Source: Fistulifera solaris (lineage: Eukaryota). Taken from it: a stretch of 64,000 bases of DNA. Positions 61,625 to 64,000 of the stretch are shown piece after piece (position 1 is the first letter of the stretch; the number at the start of each line of letters is the position of its first letter). The DNA is taken from NCBI GenBank assembly GCA_030295235.1, contig AP026130.1, positions 434,001 to 498,000 of the forward strand, in the 5' to 3' direction. Both the position numbers and the translations under genes were made by a program. Below the pieces are notes generated by a model that saw nothing but the letters and a program-made list of their open reading frames with translations, was not told the origin of the DNA and made no database searches.

Positions 61625-61700
61625 GACGTTAAAATTTAAAATTCTGCCTCGCCGTAGGCTCTACGTAGAAACTTGTACTGGGAGGCAGAATTTTAACGTC
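61625..61700. repeat. 19-bp inverted repeat (hairpin or MITE-like remnant)
   Basis: gacgttaaaatt(taaaatt)ctgcctc ... 31 bp ... gaggcagaattttaacgtc. Confidence 0.8.
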
Positions 61701-62186
61701 CTTCCCTCTGAAAAAGCTTGATCGAGAAGAAGATTGGTCCGGATCCATGTGTACTACGTACCTGGTACCTGGTACCGTGTACAGTACCGTTACGATTTCT
61801 AAATTCTAAATACACTTTTGTGCTTTTGAGTTGTTGCGCGTTGCGCACTGCGAGTGTTGTGAATAAAACCACTTAGTGTACAGTGTACAGTAGCAAAATT
61901 CAAGCCCGATGAGACGCGAATGACGGATTTGGACTGGAAATACTTTCGAGCAGCAAGATGCAAATACAGTACAATAGGTATGAGTATAAGGATTAAAGTA
62001 CTGCTCGACAGTCGGAGTATCCGTTCGCGCCATTTGCTCAACGCCACGTTTCAACCAAGCTTCGCTTCTGATCGGTTTGTTGCAATAAAACAACAAGCGA
62101 GCAGTTTATAAAAAAGACCACATCCTGCTTTATCGACTGAAAGAAAATCCTTTGTTATCTAAAGTTTACCTAGAGTAAAAAAGGAC

Positions 62187-62920
62187 ATGATGCACGCCAA
62201 CAAAAGCCGAACCATGAAATTCGCAGATGAAAGCTGTAACGGAACTGAGTCATCGTCAATGGCTTCGTCCTTTGACGAATCGGATACGGATACTTCAAAC
62301 GAAGACCGCTGGCTTGTTTCATCTTCGAAGACAAACCCATTACTGTCAAATCATAGCGAATCATCACGATCAGGGAGTATGTCAGTAACGGCTGGGGAAA
62401 GGGCGACCCGTCATATCAGATCAAATGACTATTCAAGTGGGAATGCGATTCGGTCGCGCCTGTTAAACAAACTCGGATTCGAGCCAGCGGCCTCAAAAAG
62501 ACCAATAAGTACCACAATATCCCACACTCCAAGTTTTCACGAGAGCAACGTTTTTTTGTCGACTTGAAGGGCGACTACGGAGTCCCAGACAAGAGCTCGG
62601 TTTCCAAACATGATCGAAGTCTGAACTCGAAACGACGGATTGTATTTAATCCTGAAGTTAAAGTTCAGACAATTCCTTCCCACACTGATTTTTCTGATCG
62701 CATTCGTCGTGTTATGTGGACGGACGCCGTGGAGATGGACGAAAACGCTGCTCGAAATTGCCTCGAATACACTGCCGAAGGTTGGGATTGGCGGAATGTG
62801 CTCGATGACGAAGATATGATCGTAATAAATGGAGAAAAGATTCATCCAGTGCATTTTTCGGATGAAGAATGCAATTTGAATCGAGAGTTATCAGGTATCT
62901 TGTCATCGCATCTACAGTAG
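62187..62920 (+). CDS. Hypothetical protein with a Ser-rich N-terminus and an RVxF-like motif domain
   Basis: ORFs 62187-62567 and 62564-62920 join across the T-run near 62555; C-terminal RRIVFNPEVKVQTIP...W...RN..EY..EGWDWR. Confidence 0.7.
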
Positions 62921-63156
62921 ACGAAAGTCGTAAGGCAACCTTATGAGCCTAGACGGAAAATCTTTTTCTGTTTCAGGAGTCGACATGTTAATAATGATAG
63001 AACTAGATTACAGAGTTACGATTAGTCGAAGGATGAATGTAAATGAGAGTAATTTTCAAAGACTTCAGCTAAAACGATGGCACCCGGAAGGCTCAATCAT
63101 GCCCCGATTTAGAATAAGATGCCACTTGCCCCTTGATCGACTGTTTTAAAAAAATC

Positions 63157-63432
63157 TTACGCTCGTAATTTGACAATATATATGTGCGATACATCACGAG
63201 CGACAATGTATCGCGTGGCTTGAAAACTAACTGTCATCCGGCTCAAGGAATCGAGCTTTAGGCTTCCTGCTTCTACCAGCATTTGGTACAGCAAAGCACA
63301 ATCTTTCTCACTCAGTGGACCACGAAGCAGATTGCCTTGTAAATCTAGAACGGCACTAGCTTGCTGTCCTGGAACAGGAGAGGCCTCGAGATCAAGGGCA
63401 GCGAAGTTTTCGCTGTTATTCGATCGATCCAT
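63157..63432 (-). CDS. Roadblock-fold LAMTOR4-like (Ragulator) small protein, about 91 aa
   Basis: VPGQQASAVLDLQG...LYQML...LSRMTVSFQATRYIVARDVSHIYIVK resembles LAMTOR4 (IPDQLGYLVL...FKRLSVVF...VFVVK). Confidence 0.6.
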   Translation of the reverse strand: MDRSNNSENFAALDLEASPVPGQQASAVLDLQGNLLRGPLSEKDCALLYQMLVEAGSLKLDSLSRMTVSFQATRYIVARDVSHIYIVKLRA

Positions 63433-64000
63433 ACTTTGTAAAAGCTGGGTGTGTTGTTGACGTCCAGCGGCAAACTCCTGGACCACCTTCTCTTCTTCTT
63501 AAAGACTCTTTAAGACTCTTAGTCAGCTATTGTTGAATCAAACCTGTTGAGATGATAATTTATCTATAGTGCATTTTGTTTTTTGTTGTTGTTGTACAGT
63601 ACGGAGTACCCCGGAGTAATAAAAATGCAAAATGCACAAGCCAATTTTACGTAGTCCCTGACAGACGACACGACTTGCAGAATCAATCTTGGTTAGCAGG
63701 TCGCGCTATAGGGTTATACAGGAAACGCAAACCTTGGCGGCTAGCTAACGAAACATTGAATGCTGTTTGCTAGCAAGCCGATCACAGTCGTATTTGTTAC
63801 TTTGACCAATTACCAACGAATATACTCGTATCTCTTTCAAATGCAAACATCCTCGGTCAGGCGAGGGAGACAGGACTATTACTTCCATTTCATTCGAGAT
63901 TATAGCTAAGAAAATCCTCTTCTATATAATTTGCAAGAATGCTGCCGACTATCTTAAAGAAAAAGATTCATCCATTTTCTCCAAATCATAACGATACCCG

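Noticed and set aside
1..64000. tRNA or rRNA genes
   Set aside because: None recognised by eye; tRNAscan-SE or Infernal would be needed to exclude them.

Overview
Gene-dense eukaryotic DNA, almost certainly from a diatom: short GT-AG introns, many bipartite plastid presequences of the ASAF type, and a diatom CoDi-type copia element. About 33 protein genes can be supported. They include SMC6, Kelch-BTB, RFC4, plastid RPL17, an LPAAT, two Mpv17/PMP22 paralogs, plastid Der/EngA, RPT5, a DUF760 protein, mitochondrial ACP, ERGIC/Erv46, mitochondrial SerC, a CAMK-like kinase, a GT60 GlcNAc-transferase, a MINDY deubiquitinase and a PHD-HMG-SET methyltransferase. A full-length 6.56 kb Ty1/copia LTR retrotransposon with near-identical LTRs lies at 35592-42153. 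The most notable region is a 7 kb sugar-bisphosphate cluster (13.2-20.3 kb). It holds a class I aldolase, a serine-acetyltransferase homolog lacking the catalytic Asp-His pair, two head-to-head plastid FBPases sharing an apparent gene-conversion tract, and a plastid SBPase with a relocated CX4C motif. Other highlights are a BAF-like protein, a LAMTOR4-like protein and a chromo-like module in the copia integrase. Many genes carry single-base frameshifts, mostly in homopolymer runs, which are most likely assembly errors. All calls come from motif recognition by eye; no searches were run.
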